Shown piece by piece: positions 22,801-32,228 of a DNA stretch of 64,000 nt. How positions within the stretch are numbered: position 1 is the stretch's first letter; every line of letters begins with the position of its first letter. The stretch is from positions 228,148 through 292,147 of the forward strand of contig CALWOC010000001.1 of assembly GCA_944383015.1 (NCBI GenBank). The letters are read 5' to 3'. This DNA is from an uncultured Clostridia bacterium (GTDB taxonomy: Bacteria > Bacillota > Clostridia > TANB77 > CAG-465). Under the pieces are notes generated by a model. That model saw only the letters and a list, made by a program, of their open reading frames with translations. It made no database searches and was not told the DNA's origin. A program made the translations under genes and the position numbers.

Positions 22801-23211
22801 TGTTGCATCTTGACCTTCTAAACTTTCTATTGTATCATCATATATTATTTTAATTTGATCAGTTGTAAAACCTATCAAACTTCCATATTTTCCTTGTAAA
22901 CTCATAGCTAAATCTATTTGTGATGCATCACCAGTCAATTCTCCAGCATCGAAACTATCTTTTATCTTTTGAGAACTTACAGTTATAGTAGAACTTGTAT
23001 TTTCAAAAAGTTGCTGTAAAATTATACTTATACAAGCTATTACGATAAAAGCAAGTCCAGCAGGAATTCCAACTTTAATTAAAAGAGCTTTTTTTAAAAG
23101 TTCTTTTGTAGAATCATCTTTACCTTTTCCATTCAGTTTATTTTTTATACCATTTTTTGCCTTATTAGCAACTTTAGAGGCAGCTTTTGCTGCCATACCA
23201 GCTAATCCCAT
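19897..23211 (-). CDS. Large membrane-anchored peptidoglycan hydrolase: about 600-aa unknown region + lysozyme-like domain + C-terminal CHAP domain (VirB1/TraG(pIP501)/PrgK analogue)
   Basis: Lysozyme-like block YIDDVGVPTVGFGINL...LTQYQLFALTDRAYNG. CHAP-like block FECAWWSFVRANQF...WYPNHTGYVEAV. ATG 23211 behind SD AGGTGGTG, overlapping the upstream stop (TAATATG). Confidence 0.75.
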   Translation of the reverse strand: MGLAGMAAKAASKVANKAKNGIKNKLNGKGKDDSTKELLKKALLIKVGIPAGLAFIVIACISIILQQLFENTSSTITVSSQKIKDSFDAGELTGDASQIDLAMSLQGKYGSLIGFTTDQIKIIYDDTIESLEGQDATYSETYTSNYGTVTQEVKNDITNKYNEANNRENKREEDYDIINYYNLSREGKFNNMISPYDKRPIYMHALYTEKYNFNNISWKAYYHDSDEVNDVSKDNLTYDTTYQLLYPTGADLKDLINLTSPYLMTSHIPLAFISSAMYSSSLSNQSIGTSWVEQNEAEAQGKNNNIGNFAYEIIKHGYSDITINQYNLQSVTRSSYWLDYDTYECIDKIQIKKEIIEEENDDGSITKREQYSVVSYEDGTTNLSNKTGHTNTRWDGNQNKEVPANEYTVSDDAPLVTVIYKLASAHAFDVKINNSFNYEKYSQEDVDKRENCDSVLSETESDHTKVENEDKHITSAELEGLKNNQEELKRLWEEDGNTNETGTRTVQRKYNYQVGKRHDITRYWTDSVSSNPTSQSKTLFSTGDVASYNENTDGDLSMDTISKSDFEADTDSKNYYDTLAEEEGTAINRIDMLNANPKVFLNYVDNANKRAKYVGYSRSDYTYSQGLEYLIEYLTELAEQNNGVLPFVYGASFGFDVNAAAAGTSSYSSGMSLLREYINSWEDPGDRMRTESGNVTSNEEEAVFYAVYIDDVGVPTVGFGINLNSQFNDVKSAFEEAGIEFPYGSASDIKSRVESGEVVTMDKKVIDSVQEEIIERKLDMVKSLTNGIELTQYQLFALTDRAYNGWNNIHGKTFSQAYNEYWKQDTDDKYETLYDKYKDNQGAKDSIIAEIDFNNALYTNFLRHTTGNEEQEAQLGGWTTRRKSEFILFSGGYFAGGYSMDKMLRFYTSTTSPGDVQLIKADGTVDETACYALQQWFEQNWFSGKISPADTNVHQSDWNNQVCDADGVDTRGVVNQEFVNKYDPLNKYNVFECAWWSFVRANQFLVDNNTGKKLTTFADGVQEADKFAELLGLQTNSDINQLRPNSVISWYPNHTGYVEAVTDDYYVTSECGSGWNWYGITIHPKVEVDGNMRFKNFVCLEDLL

Positions 23212-23212
23212 A

Positions 23213-24064
23213 TTATTCTTCACCACCTAACAAATCTACATTAACTACCTTACTTCCCTTAGAATCAGAAACTTGATAAAAATTAATTTTACTAATTTCA
23301 GATTGCTTTTCTAAGCTTAAATTAAAAGTTAATTTTACACTAAACTGAGAATTTTCAGTCATTTTATATACATTATTTGTTGTAGAAGTAATATCAGATG
23401 GATTAAATTTAGTACCATTTTTTAATTCGATAGATAAACATTGATTTGTAGATAAGTCAAAAGTAACCACATCTTCTCTAGTACTAGATAATGTTAACTC
23501 ATATTGAGCAACATTTTCAAGTGAAGCTATTACCTTTAAAGTATATGTAATTCCATCTTCAACATAAGTATATGTTTTTCCTTCCATATTTGAAATATTA
23601 TTTTGCTCAAAAGAAATAGTATATATATTAGGTGTTGTTTCATTAATCACAACATATCTTATATTTCCCTTTTCATTCTGGATACCAAATCTATAATAAT
23701 ATTCTCCATTTGTTCCACTTAATGCAATTGATTCTTTAACTACTGGAACTTTATTAGATATAATTCCTTGCTCAATTAAGTAATTATATAAAGTATCTTT
23801 ATTATAAGAATTAGAATCTAACCATGTACTATCAATTCTTTCAAAAAGTTCATCGTAATTTGTAGCTATTAATAACCTATTTAAAACATTTAAGTAATTA
23901 TTCAATTGGACATCTTCATAACTATCTTCGTTACTAATAATATTTATATCTTCTTTAATATTATCTGAAGAAGGTTTCCAGATGAAATATAAAACAAAAA
24001 TAAATGCTACTGCAAAAAATCCTATTACAATATAAATATATAATTTTTCGTTATCTTGATTCAT
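23213..24064 (-). CDS. T4SS-operon protein, N-terminal TM anchor + beta-rich ectodomain, unknown
   Basis: SD AGGAGGGAG. TM helix LYIYIVIGFFAVAFIFVLYFIW. Confidence 0.5.
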   Translation of the reverse strand: MNQDNEKLYIYIVIGFFAVAFIFVLYFIWKPSSDNIKEDINIISNEDSYEDVQLNNYLNVLNRLLIATNYDELFERIDSTWLDSNSYNKDTLYNYLIEQGIISNKVPVVKESIALSGTNGEYYYRFGIQNEKGNIRYVVINETTPNIYTISFEQNNISNMEGKTYTYVEDGITYTLKVIASLENVAQYELTLSSTREDVVTFDLSTNQCLSIELKNGTKFNPSDITSTTNNVYKMTENSQFSVKLTFNLSLEKQSEISKINFYQVSDSKGSKVVNVDLLGGEE

Positions 24065-24076
24065 TACTACTCCCTC

Positions 24077-24646
24077 CTATTCTACATAAAATATGTAAAA
24101 TCTACCTTCCTTAAACTGTAAACCTAATATATGTTTTTGTTCAGTAGAAAATTCAACAAGATACATCTTATTTTCAGACGAATATGTATAAATATTTTTT
24201 ACAATAGGATAAAAAGTCTCCATATTATTTAAAGAAGCATTTCTTTCTGATTGTAGTTCTGTTACAATATTTCCAATTAATTTATTAAATTTAGATTTAG
24301 AAATTTTATATTCTTCATTTTTAGAAAATTCATAAAAATCATCTAAATCAATATTTTTATTCCCAATATTATAATTTCCAAAATAAGTTAAAATTAATCT
24401 TTTAATGGAAGAATCACATTTTATATAAACATCTTTATCTTCATTAACATCTAAAGAAACAATATTGTCATAATACAAGTCTTTATAATTTATTATTTTT
24501 TCATCAAAATTAATTTTAGATATTCCAGTAGCAAGTATGGCAATAATAATAACAGCAGCAACAGTTACTCCTAATTTTCTAATTCCATTAAGTCCACTAT
24601 ACCAATTAATAACTTTTAAAATAAAACTTCTAATTTTATTAAACAT
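24077..24646 (-). CDS. T4SS-operon protein, N-terminal TM anchor + ectodomain of about 140 aa, unknown
   Basis: SD GAGGAGGT. TM helix LGVTVAAVIIIAILATGI. Confidence 0.5.
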   Translation of the reverse strand: MFNKIRSFILKVINWYSGLNGIRKLGVTVAAVIIIAILATGISKINFDEKIINYKDLYYDNIVSLDVNEDKDVYIKCDSSIKRLILTYFGNYNIGNKNIDLDDFYEFSKNEEYKISKSKFNKLIGNIVTELQSERNASLNNMETFYPIVKNIYTYSSENKMYLVEFSTEQKHILGLQFKEGRFYIFYVE

Positions 24647-24707
24647 ATTAACCTCCTCATAAAATATAAAGAAATTAGCTCTTAAAAATACATTTATATT
24701 AGTAATT

Positions 24708-24742
24708 ATATATCTAGTAAATTTTTATTTTACTAGATATAT
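24708..24742 (-). other. Intra-operon perfect 14-bp hairpin without a U-tract
   Basis: atatatctagtaaa/tttactagatatat. Lies between the 380-aa and 189-aa genes. Confidence 0.6.
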
Positions 24743-24767
24743 AAAATTTAAATACTATAAACTGTTT

Positions 24768-25910
24768 CTATTGCATATTTGAAGCATCAATTTTTTTCTT
24801 TATATTTTTTTGTAGTTGTTCCACTGCCTTTGCTCTATCTTGACTTGTTCTATTTTTCATAAATCCTGAACTATTAGCACTTTCTAAACTTTTTTTCATT
24901 TTATTATAAACAATTCTATCTGTATTAGCTGAAGTTATTCTATTTTGAGTTGCATTTAATTTTTTATCAATATCACTAGTATCAATATCTAATTTAGCTT
25001 GATCTGTCTTATAATCTGCCTTTTTCTGACTTCTTTCATATCTATTTGCTATAGCTCTATCTGCAATACCAGCACCTGTAGCTGCATTTCTTATAACATT
25101 ATCTCCTTGAGCTAAACCAACCATAGCTCCCATAGTACCAACATAAGCGGCACCAATCGATTCAGTTACACCTGATCTAGCTAAACGTTTACCAGCATCT
25201 TTTTTATTTTGAGCTTCTAAAATCTTTTTATTTAAATCATTTAATTTATCACTATTATCTTTTTTATCCATATCAGCCTTTTGAGATTTAATTGTTGAAG
25301 TCTGCTCTTTTAGTGCTGAAATTAATTGATCAATCTGTGAAGATGAAACTCCAACTCCACCACCTAAGCTACTTCCATTAAAAGCTCTAGCACCAGCCGC
25401 CATACCTGCACCTGTTTGTGCATCATCAATAAATTTATCTGCTGTATCTCCCATAGCATTTAATGCATTTTGTGCATTAAGCTCTGCATCATCAGCTACA
25501 CCACCCAGTTCAAGATTTTTTTTCTCATTTTGTAAATTAGTTAATTCTCTGTTTGCCAATTTACTTTGCCTTCTTCCATCTACAATCTTTTTACCATTAT
25601 CAAGTACATTCTTTCCTAATTTAAGAGCCATAGCACCAGCAAGAAGTCCTCCCATACCATCTTGCATACTTCCGCCAAATTGTGATGTAACACCAAATAT
25701 ATTTTTTATTAATAACTCAATTTTACCAAACTGAGATAAAGCAATTATTGCCAATAATCCAGCACCATATGTTGCACCATTACTAGTACTTGAAGACAAT
25801 GCATTTACTATTATTGACATTATAATAGCCAGTAAAAAAGCTTGTACAGTCTGTGTAAATATTAATGATGCAAGTTCTTTAAACCATGTTCCAAAAACAC
25901 CTTTTTTCAT
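24768..25910 (-). CDS. T4SS-operon membrane protein with Gly/Ala-rich hydrophobic segments and a central coiled coil, unknown
   Basis: SD AAGGAGGT. At least 3 hydrophobic segments and a long polar K/N/Q-rich C-terminus. Confidence 0.5.
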   Translation of the reverse strand: MKKGVFGTWFKELASLIFTQTVQAFLLAIIMSIIVNALSSSTSNGATYGAGLLAIIALSQFGKIELLIKNIFGVTSQFGGSMQDGMGGLLAGAMALKLGKNVLDNGKKIVDGRRQSKLANRELTNLQNEKKNLELGGVADDAELNAQNALNAMGDTADKFIDDAQTGAGMAAGARAFNGSSLGGGVGVSSSQIDQLISALKEQTSTIKSQKADMDKKDNSDKLNDLNKKILEAQNKKDAGKRLARSGVTESIGAAYVGTMGAMVGLAQGDNVIRNAATGAGIADRAIANRYERSQKKADYKTDQAKLDIDTSDIDKKLNATQNRITSANTDRIVYNKMKKSLESANSSGFMKNRTSQDRAKAVEQLQKNIKKKIDASNMQ

Positions 25911-25923
25911 AAATTTTACCTCC

Positions 25924-26850
25924 TTACAATGAAACAGACTTTCCTAAGAAATCAAATATTACAACAAATGGTGCTATTATAGATAATATTGCAACATAAA
26001 ACAATCTTTTAAAATATGAAAATAAAAACATAAGTGATTGAATTAAAAATACAAGGTATAAAATTGTAGGTATTGGTGCTGCTTTATCTATTTTAGCAAT
26101 TAAAAGATCTACTTCTCCACCTTGTGCTTTAGCCATATCATAAAAATACTGTCCCATACCTGACACAACACCATTCATTGCAGTTACTCCTCCCGAACCA
26201 ACAGTTGCACTATCAACAGAAATACTTGAAACGATTCTACTTGCTACTTCTACCATTTTCTCATTCAGATAAAAAGTAAATGATAATAAATAATGACTTC
26301 CAAAAAGTAAAACTAAAGTTGTTAATAATGTTACTATTCCTTCTTTATATCTCGCTTTTTCAGATGCAATAGTAGAAATTGCCATTTTTATTGCCATAAC
26401 AGCAACAATTATACCCAAAAATCCTATTGCAATTGAAAGACCTGTAAAATAAATATTTCTTAAAACTTCTCCTATACTACCACCAGAAAAACCGGTTCCA
26501 AATAAAGAATTATTAGCAGGATTAATAAAATTAACATCAAGTATTGGAACACAGTTAAATATTATATAATCAGCCCAAGGAAATTTGGCTGGTCCAAAAA
26601 GTCCCATTAACCAACTAACAACATTTTCTATCATTTTTCCAACTTCTAAAAATGCAAGAGAAATAAGTCCAACTAATGCACCAGGTTCTTCATTTACACT
26701 ATCAGCATCAGGAGCACTTGCATCAACATATTCTTCCATATTAAAATAATCAGTATTTACCATAGCATAAGTTCTTATATTAGAAAAGATAAATTCAAAC
26801 ATAAAAACAAATAAGAATAAAATGATTATTTTCTTAAAATTATTTTTCAT
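25924..26850 (-). CDS. VirB6/TrbL-like polytopic membrane protein (short paralog)
   Basis: Signal/TM N-terminus and at least 5 TM segments. Shares blocks FPWADYIIFNCVPILDVNFINPA, HYLLSFTFYLNEK and YFKRLFYV with the upstream gene. Confidence 0.6.
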   Translation of the reverse strand: MKNNFKKIIILFLFVFMFEFIFSNIRTYAMVNTDYFNMEEYVDASAPDADSVNEEPGALVGLISLAFLEVGKMIENVVSWLMGLFGPAKFPWADYIIFNCVPILDVNFINPANNSLFGTGFSGGSIGEVLRNIYFTGLSIAIGFLGIIVAVMAIKMAISTIASEKARYKEGIVTLLTTLVLLFGSHYLLSFTFYLNEKMVEVASRIVSSISVDSATVGSGGVTAMNGVVSGMGQYFYDMAKAQGGEVDLLIAKIDKAAPIPTILYLVFLIQSLMFLFSYFKRLFYVAILSIIAPFVVIFDFLGKSVSL

Positions 26851-26868
26851 AATTTCTCCTTTCCATAA

Positions 26869-28617
26869 TTATATAGACTTACCCATATAATCAAATATTA
26901 CAACAACAGGTCCAATCAATGACAAAATTATAACGTAAAAGAACCTTTTAAAATATGCAAATAAAAGCAACAATGATTGTATTATAAAAACTCCATAACA
27001 AACAGCACTAACAACATTCATACTTGTTGGAGCCCAATCACCATTTGCGGTGTCAACATACCATGACGAAGATTTAAAATAGTCGCCTAAAGATGAAATT
27101 GTATCTGAAGCTTTAGGAATATATTTGTCATCACCTTCATAAACATACTCATAGTATGCCGCTGCATATAACTTTTCCATAGTACGTGCAAAAATTATAC
27201 TATTTAATGCACTCTTATCTGCTCCTTCTTTATTTAAGTCTTCTTTAGCTTTAGTTATCTCTTCATTACATGTATCAATAACTGTATTATAGTCTTCTGT
27301 AGAGTTAATTATAGTATATAAATAACCATTTTCTTTATCAAGTTGAGTTATTTGTTTCTGTTTTTCTAATTCTGAAGTATCTGCACCTTCCTCTAAATTA
27401 CTTGTATCGACAGCCTCAGCAACAGAGTTAAAAGGTTTTCCTTCTTCTGAACCTTGATATGTAATTAAAGCAACTGATGTAAATAAAGATCTAAGTGCTT
27501 TATATCCAGTATCTACAATTCCCAAACAGTCGTTACAAGTAATAAGTATATTTCTTCCAACACCTGCAAGTCCAGAATTTGTAATATCATTAGTATCATT
27601 TCCACTTATCCATTGTAAATAATTAGCTCTGTAGTATTCATCTTTTAATAAATAAGCAGCAACATCAATTCTCATCTTATGAACTTCTTCATTTGACTTA
27701 TCTCTAAAATAATTTAAATAATCAGCTTTTTCTGGATACATAGTATTTAATTGCTTTACTGATATTGATTCTTCGGTACTATCCTCTTGACCTGTAATCC
27801 ACTTCCATGCTGCAGAAAGAGCTTTACCAATCGAGCTAATAAGTTCTTTTGCAAAACCGATTACATCGCCAATAATAGGAATAGATTCAACTAAAGCTTC
27901 TTTTTCACATCTTGCAAGAAAAGATTCAACAATTGCTTCATTATCTTCATCTGCTTGCAGCTTTAAATTATTTACAACTGAGTCACTAGCAGTACTTAAA
28001 GCATCATTTGCTATATTACTAGCAGCTTGTACTAACTTTTCATTCAAGTAAAATGTAAAAGATAATAAATAATGTAAACCAAATATTAAAACTAAACATA
28101 TAAGCCAATGTACAATTGCTTCTTTATATTTTGCCTTATCTGCTGCTATAGAAGCTACAGCAAGTCTAATTCCACTAATAGCAATAACTATACTTAAAAA
28201 TCCTATTGCAATTGATAAACTTGTAAAATATATATTTCTCAGTATTTTTCCAATTGTTGTTTCATTTCCTGATACATCTTTCATTAAAGAACCAGGGGCT
28301 GGATTTATAAAATTTATATCAAGTATTGGAATAGCATTAAAAATTATTTTATCTGCCCATGGAAAAAATTCCTTACCAGTAAATGCTTTTACAATATTTG
28401 CTCCTAAAGTCTCTATTCCAAATGCCAATGTATAAACAATTTCTCCTGTCCATCTAAGCAAAATTGAAGAGGAATCTATAGAACCTTCAAATCCATCGCT
28501 CTCGATATCCATATTATAATAATCTGTATTAACAACAGCAATAGTTTGAATAAAAGGAGCAAAAAAATTAAAAAAAGTAAGTACTAATAAAAATATTGCT
28601 ATATTCTTCTTTTTCAC
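26869..28617 (-). CDS. VirB6/TrbL-like polytopic membrane protein (long paralog with a soluble insertion of nearly 300 aa)
   Basis: GTG start behind AAGGAGGAG. Same conserved blocks as the 308-aa paralog, plus an insertion between LNEKLVQAASNI and VCYGVFIIQSL. Confidence 0.6.
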   Translation of the reverse strand: MKKKNIAIFLLVLTFFNFFAPFIQTIAVVNTDYYNMDIESDGFEGSIDSSSILLRWTGEIVYTLAFGIETLGANIVKAFTGKEFFPWADKIIFNAIPILDINFINPAPGSLMKDVSGNETTIGKILRNIYFTSLSIAIGFLSIVIAISGIRLAVASIAADKAKYKEAIVHWLICLVLIFGLHYLLSFTFYLNEKLVQAASNIANDALSTASDSVVNNLKLQADEDNEAIVESFLARCEKEALVESIPIIGDVIGFAKELISSIGKALSAAWKWITGQEDSTEESISVKQLNTMYPEKADYLNYFRDKSNEEVHKMRIDVAAYLLKDEYYRANYLQWISGNDTNDITNSGLAGVGRNILITCNDCLGIVDTGYKALRSLFTSVALITYQGSEEGKPFNSVAEAVDTSNLEEGADTSELEKQKQITQLDKENGYLYTIINSTEDYNTVIDTCNEEITKAKEDLNKEGADKSALNSIIFARTMEKLYAAAYYEYVYEGDDKYIPKASDTISSLGDYFKSSSWYVDTANGDWAPTSMNVVSAVCYGVFIIQSLLLLFAYFKRFFYVIILSLIGPVVVIFDYMGKSI

Positions 28618-28633
28618 ATTTTCTCCTCCTTAT

Positions 28634-30631
28634 TTATTCACTTTGTAATGCTTTTTTCTTTCTCATTTCAATAATTTTTTGTAGGTTAGTTTCAACAAAT
28701 TCAAACTCTTTTTGAGTAGGTTGAATAGAAATAACAGCTGAACTATATCCTATCTTTATTAGTCCTTCTCCTCTTGAACATGTAATCAAAAAGTTAGCTT
28801 CACCTTCACTTAATTTAAAAACTTCTTTTAAATATTGAATTTCAGCCTTATCTTGAGCAAGGAATAATTTTGTTTCTGCAGATGTCAATACAGCTTGGCA
28901 ATTTTTATTTTCATAAAAGTCTTGGAATTTTTGAGATACAACAGTCAAAGAAACATTTCTTTTTCTGGCACGTCTAGCCATAGTATTTAAAAAGTCTACA
29001 GCTTCAGGATACGCTAAAAGCATCCAAGCCTCATCAACAAGAACTCTTTTAGAACGTGCCTTTGTTCTATCTTCACTATTCTTTTTAACATATTTTTCCC
29101 AAATCCATGAAAGTAATATTTGTTGTGCAAGAGGTCTAGCAAATCTTTCTTCTAGCTTTGAAATATCCAAATTAATAAATGGACATCCATCTAAAAGCTC
29201 AAAAGTAGATTGTCCATCAAAATATGCCATTTGACCATTAAATTTTCTACAATACTGTTTCATAACTTTTAGCAAATAATCATAATGATATTTATAAGTA
29301 TCAATTGTATTTTCTTCACTTTTTCTAACTAATCTTTCGTACCAAGAACTTATTGTTGGCATTTCTTTCTTAGCTCTAGAAAGACCGTCTTCTTGCATAT
29401 CTTCATATAAAGAATCTGGATCAGATGTAATTCCTAGAGATTTATATTCTTCTGATACAACTTCTGCTATAATTTGTTTTGTTAACTCATTAACTTCATC
29501 AGACTTAGTTGCTCCTCTAGCCATAGTAAGTAAAGCTTGTGTTACATCCTCAACTTTATTTTCAACATTTAAAACTGTAGTTTCTCTACCTGTTATTTCA
29601 TTTTTAACTATTTCTGTTTCAATATCAAAAATATTTATTATTGTACTAGAAGTAGGAGAAATTTCAACGTTAATTCCTCTAAGTGCACCGGCAACAACCT
29701 TATATTCTCCTTCTGCATCTAACACCATATTTTCTACACCCATTAAAACAGATGATCTTGCCATAATAGTTTTTATAGTAACAGACTTACCTGAACCAGA
29801 TTTTCCAAATATAATCATATTGTAATTTGTTAGTGAACTACTGAAATTATCAAAAATAAGAGGTAATCCAGTCTGTTTATTGATTCCAATTGGAATACCA
29901 GTATTCATACCTGCATCAGCATTTATAAATGGAAATACAGTAGCCATAGAGCCTCTATCAAATGTATGCTTCCTAGATATTTTATTACTATTTAATGGTA
30001 AATTAGACTTAAATCCCTCTTCTTGCAAAGCCCATGCTGTTTTTAATCCAAGCTGATTTTTAGATGCTTCCATTGTCAAAACTTCAGAATACTTATCTAA
30101 TTCAGCTTTGCTATATGCAAATAGAGTACACACAATAGTTGCATCAAATAATTTGTTATATCCTGCAGCTATTTGATCTCTCAAGTCTTCTGCCTCTGCT
30201 TGTTTAGTTCCTAATACAGACAATCTATTTATATCTCCTCTATTATTTGCAACCATTCTTTCTGATTCAAGATCTACTATACTTTTTCCTAAATCTTTAA
30301 TAGAATCACTTTCATTTATTGGATTTATATATACAGAAGTGTTTGCATCTCCAAACTCATATAGAGGTGCTAAAAAATAAGGAAAAGTAGCTTGTCTAGG
30401 TATTGTAGTTACATAAAAAGTTCTTGCAAATCTTGAAACTTTAGAAAAGATTTCAAGATAATCATAATGTGAACAATCAATTCCAGAAGGTGCAATTAAA
30501 TCGTGAATTGATGATTTATTTTTTTCTAAATTATTAATTTCATTTTTATCATCTGTTATTAGATTTTCTTTTTGTTTTGATTGTTCCTCCATTTTTCTAA
30601 GTTCTTTTCTAGATAACTTTTTTTTGCTCAT
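28634..30631 (-). CDS. VirB4-family T4SS ATPase (TcpF/ConE/TraE-like)
   Basis: Walker A FGKSGSGKS and Walker B RVLVDEAWMLL. Size and position after the VirB3-like gene fit. Confidence 0.85.
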   Translation of the reverse strand: MSKKKLSRKELRKMEEQSKQKENLITDDKNEINNLEKNKSSIHDLIAPSGIDCSHYDYLEIFSKVSRFARTFYVTTIPRQATFPYFLAPLYEFGDANTSVYINPINESDSIKDLGKSIVDLESERMVANNRGDINRLSVLGTKQAEAEDLRDQIAAGYNKLFDATIVCTLFAYSKAELDKYSEVLTMEASKNQLGLKTAWALQEEGFKSNLPLNSNKISRKHTFDRGSMATVFPFINADAGMNTGIPIGINKQTGLPLIFDNFSSSLTNYNMIIFGKSGSGKSVTIKTIMARSSVLMGVENMVLDAEGEYKVVAGALRGINVEISPTSSTIINIFDIETEIVKNEITGRETTVLNVENKVEDVTQALLTMARGATKSDEVNELTKQIIAEVVSEEYKSLGITSDPDSLYEDMQEDGLSRAKKEMPTISSWYERLVRKSEENTIDTYKYHYDYLLKVMKQYCRKFNGQMAYFDGQSTFELLDGCPFINLDISKLEERFARPLAQQILLSWIWEKYVKKNSEDRTKARSKRVLVDEAWMLLAYPEAVDFLNTMARRARKRNVSLTVVSQKFQDFYENKNCQAVLTSAETKLFLAQDKAEIQYLKEVFKLSEGEANFLITCSRGEGLIKIGYSSAVISIQPTQKEFEFVETNLQKIIEMRKKKALQSE

Positions 30632-30654
30632 ATCATACATCTCCCACTAAAATT

Positions 30655-32208
30655 TTAAACTATACTTTCATTTTCATCATCATCATTAGATGAATCATAT
30701 ATATTAGATATATTTGTTGATGACTTATTATTATTTCCATCATTTCTAATTTCTTCAGAATCTAAATTAGAAGACTCTTCCTTAACTTTTTCATCTACTA
30801 TATTTTCTAACGAAGATTTAGTATTTTCTATATTTTGAATAGAAGATTCATCATTTGAAGTATTATCATCCTTTTCTACTTTTTTATTTTTACTCTCAAA
30901 ATCTTCAACTCTCTTTTTTATAGTTTCCATTTCTTCTAAATCTTTTTTTGCTTGTTCTTTAAAAATTTCTTTTTCTTGTTCATTTTCTTCTAATAATACT
31001 TTCTTAGAATTTCTAAAATCATCAAGAATAACTTTATTAACTTGTTTTTTAAATTCTGGCTCATAATCTTCACGATTAATCATATTAGTAGCTCTTTTAC
31101 TAGTTTCTTCTTCTTCTTCTAATTGCTCCATCGCAGGAGTTTTATATGAATTATCTAAGATAGCCTGTTTAATAGCCTGAAGAGCTTTTAATCTTGCTTT
31201 ATCATTTAAGTATGTTTCTAGTCTTTCTTGTTCTTTAGTAAATGCATCTTCAGACACTGTATATAGTCTATAAAATCCTGAATCAATACTATCCTTAATA
31301 TTTAAAAGAGATGCATCATCCCTATTATATGCATTATATAATAATTGAGCCAAGTCATTAGAATTAAGAATTTCACCACTTACAGAACATGAAGCTAACG
31401 CACCAAGAATAGCTTGGCATCTAGTTGTAAGCTCTGTAGAACACATATCTATTAATTCATTTTTATTAAACTTTTCAACAGATGTTATTTCTGATGTAGT
31501 ATAAGATACTAAAATATAAAAATTTCTTTGTAGCATTCTCTTATTTCTATTCATTTTTTCTACATTTTTAATCATATCTGCTGCATATTCATAAACATTA
31601 GATATGCTGTCTCTTTCTTGAGAAACTTTTTGTAACTCTATTTCATCAACATCAAAAGCACTCGCAATTTTAGAATATTGATTGTTAATATCATTATATT
31701 CTGTTTTTAAATCTTCAACGTTTTTTTCGTATAATTTAATTGTTTGTCTTAAATCAATATTTTGAGCTTGCACATATAATTGAATTGGATATTTTAAAGT
31801 ATTTAAAAAAGTTATAAATCCTTCTTCAACTGCTAGTTGCTCAACTTCAGACATAAGATCATAGTTAATTCCTTTACATTTAATAGCCTTAGTAAATCTT
31901 GAACCATTATTTTGTACAATCATACCATCAAGAATTCTATCAAATTCCATAAATTTAAAAACGTCTTCTCTTCTTACTGACTCTTTTGCAGTTTGCTGTG
32001 TAGTTTTTGATGAAGTTGTTTTCTTTTTTTGATTTTTACTTTTATCTTCTGTAGCTTCTCTGTCAATCTGTCCCTTTTCATCAAGTATTTTCCCATCTTT
32101 ATCTATAGTATTTAACGTTCCATCTTGATTTCTAGTTAAAAGTAAAACAACAATAAAAAATAACAACATCAAAATAATTGCTATTATACCTATAATTACA
32201 TATACCAT
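30655..32208 (-). CDS. Membrane-anchored 517-aa T4SS protein: TM helix, K/T/S-rich linker, central domain of about 270 aa, acidic/Ser-rich coiled-coil tail. Unknown.
   Basis: SD GAGGTGGAAG. No Walker motifs. Central block FMEFDRILDGMIVQNNGSRFTKAIKCKGINYDLMSEVEQ..YPIQLYVQAQNIDL is reminiscent of VirB4 N-terminal regions (by eye). Confidence 0.45.
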   Translation of the reverse strand: MVYVIIGIIAIILMLLFFIVVLLLTRNQDGTLNTIDKDGKILDEKGQIDREATEDKSKNQKKKTTSSKTTQQTAKESVRREDVFKFMEFDRILDGMIVQNNGSRFTKAIKCKGINYDLMSEVEQLAVEEGFITFLNTLKYPIQLYVQAQNIDLRQTIKLYEKNVEDLKTEYNDINNQYSKIASAFDVDEIELQKVSQERDSISNVYEYAADMIKNVEKMNRNKRMLQRNFYILVSYTTSEITSVEKFNKNELIDMCSTELTTRCQAILGALASCSVSGEILNSNDLAQLLYNAYNRDDASLLNIKDSIDSGFYRLYTVSEDAFTKEQERLETYLNDKARLKALQAIKQAILDNSYKTPAMEQLEEEEETSKRATNMINREDYEPEFKKQVNKVILDDFRNSKKVLLEENEQEKEIFKEQAKKDLEEMETIKKRVEDFESKNKKVEKDDNTSNDESSIQNIENTKSSLENIVDEKVKEESSNLDSEEIRNDGNNNKSSTNISNIYDSSNDDDENESIV

Positions 32209-32228
32209 TATTCTTCCACCTCATAAAA

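Noticed and set aside
30655-32208. Calling the 517-aa protein a second VirB4 ATPase
   Set aside because: It has no Walker A or B motif and no ATPase-sized C-terminal domain. Only a loose N-domain resemblance remains, so it stays an unknown component.
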